Shown here piece by piece: positions 63,461 to 64,000 of a stretch of 64,000 bases of DNA. Each line of letters opens with the position of its first letter. The first letter of the stretch is position 1. Source of the DNA: Octopus sinensis (taxonomy: Eukaryota). The stretch spans positions 154,132,001 through 154,196,000 of the forward strand of contig NC_043000.1 in the NCBI RefSeq assembly GCF_006345805.1, in the 5' to 3' direction. A program made the position numbers and the translations under genes. A model generated the notes under the pieces. That model was given only the letters and a program-made list of their open reading frames with translations. It made no database searches and had not been told where the DNA came from.

Positions 63461-63558
63461 ATGGTGTCACAGACGTAGTCATGTGTATGCCCCATCGTGG
63501 TCGGCTTAACTTTCTGACTACAATGCTGGATTTCCCTCCTGTTCGTATGTTCCGAAAG
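63461..63558 (+). CDS. DHTKD1: DHTKD1 coding exon 6 (gene continues beyond the window)
   Basis: Acceptor TTTCTTTCAG; (Y)[32 protein letters not shown]; donor GTATGT; phase 1 in, phase 0 out. Confidence 0.96.
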
Positions 63559-64000
63559 GTATGTTTTTACATTTTTGCCACAGATTACTTCTTTTACTTC
63601 TACCTAAAGTGCCTTTTGGTAGAGAAATTTGTCTATTTGGCGATGTTTCGCTTGTCGTAGCACACGTTTCCGTCAATTTCCTCCGTCGATTTCCGTAAAA
63701 AATGTATACACTGAATCGGCCATACATACACACACACATACATACACACACACACATACATGCAGACATACATATACACATACACCGAGTAAAAAATTTC
63801 AGTTATCTCTTTCTTTCACACATTACTCTCTCTGTCTCTTCACACACACTAACAGAAGCACTTCACTTACACAACATACTGTCTGTCTCCCACACCCCAT
63901 CAAACACACACACGGGGACTTCAAAAAGAAATTCCCTTGTCATAAAATCGCTTCTTCTTAGTCTCTTTCGCTCTCATTACTTCAAATATTCCCGCAAAGC

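Noticed and set aside
42284-63558. OGDH assignment for the gene
   Set aside because: The short N-terminus with GVYGYRP, KRYGGEG and FPPxxMFRK matches DHTKD1 rather than OGDH.

Overview
AT-rich, repeat-dense eukaryotic genomic DNA. The repeat repertoire (tRNA-derived SINEs with ...CAGTCAAATGACTGAAAC tails, (TA)n/(TG)n microsatellites, Penelope, RTE, mariner) is typical of Octopus; the species is an inference. Only one host gene is supported: the 5' part of DHTKD1 (2-oxoadipate dehydrogenase E1) on the + strand. Six coding exons between 42284 and 63558 splice in frame, and the gene continues past the window end. The first ~42 kb is transposon debris: Penelope-like, RTE, CR1, L1/Tx1 and Gypsy-like relics, Merlin, mariner, Helitron/Helentron non-autonomous elements, MITEs and about five SINE families. 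Nearly all ORFs in the supplied track are repeat artefacts. The most interesting hidden layer is RNA structure. Several Penelope-derived termini carry minimal type I hammerhead ribozyme motifs, some with the compensatory U3-A8 core. A Hero-like retrotransposon 3' UTR inside DHTKD1 intron 4, on the sense strand, carries a hammerhead-like motif whose core segments are in a non-circularly permuted order. Repeat boundaries were read by eye and are approximate; exon, TSD and ribozyme coordinates were counted base by base.
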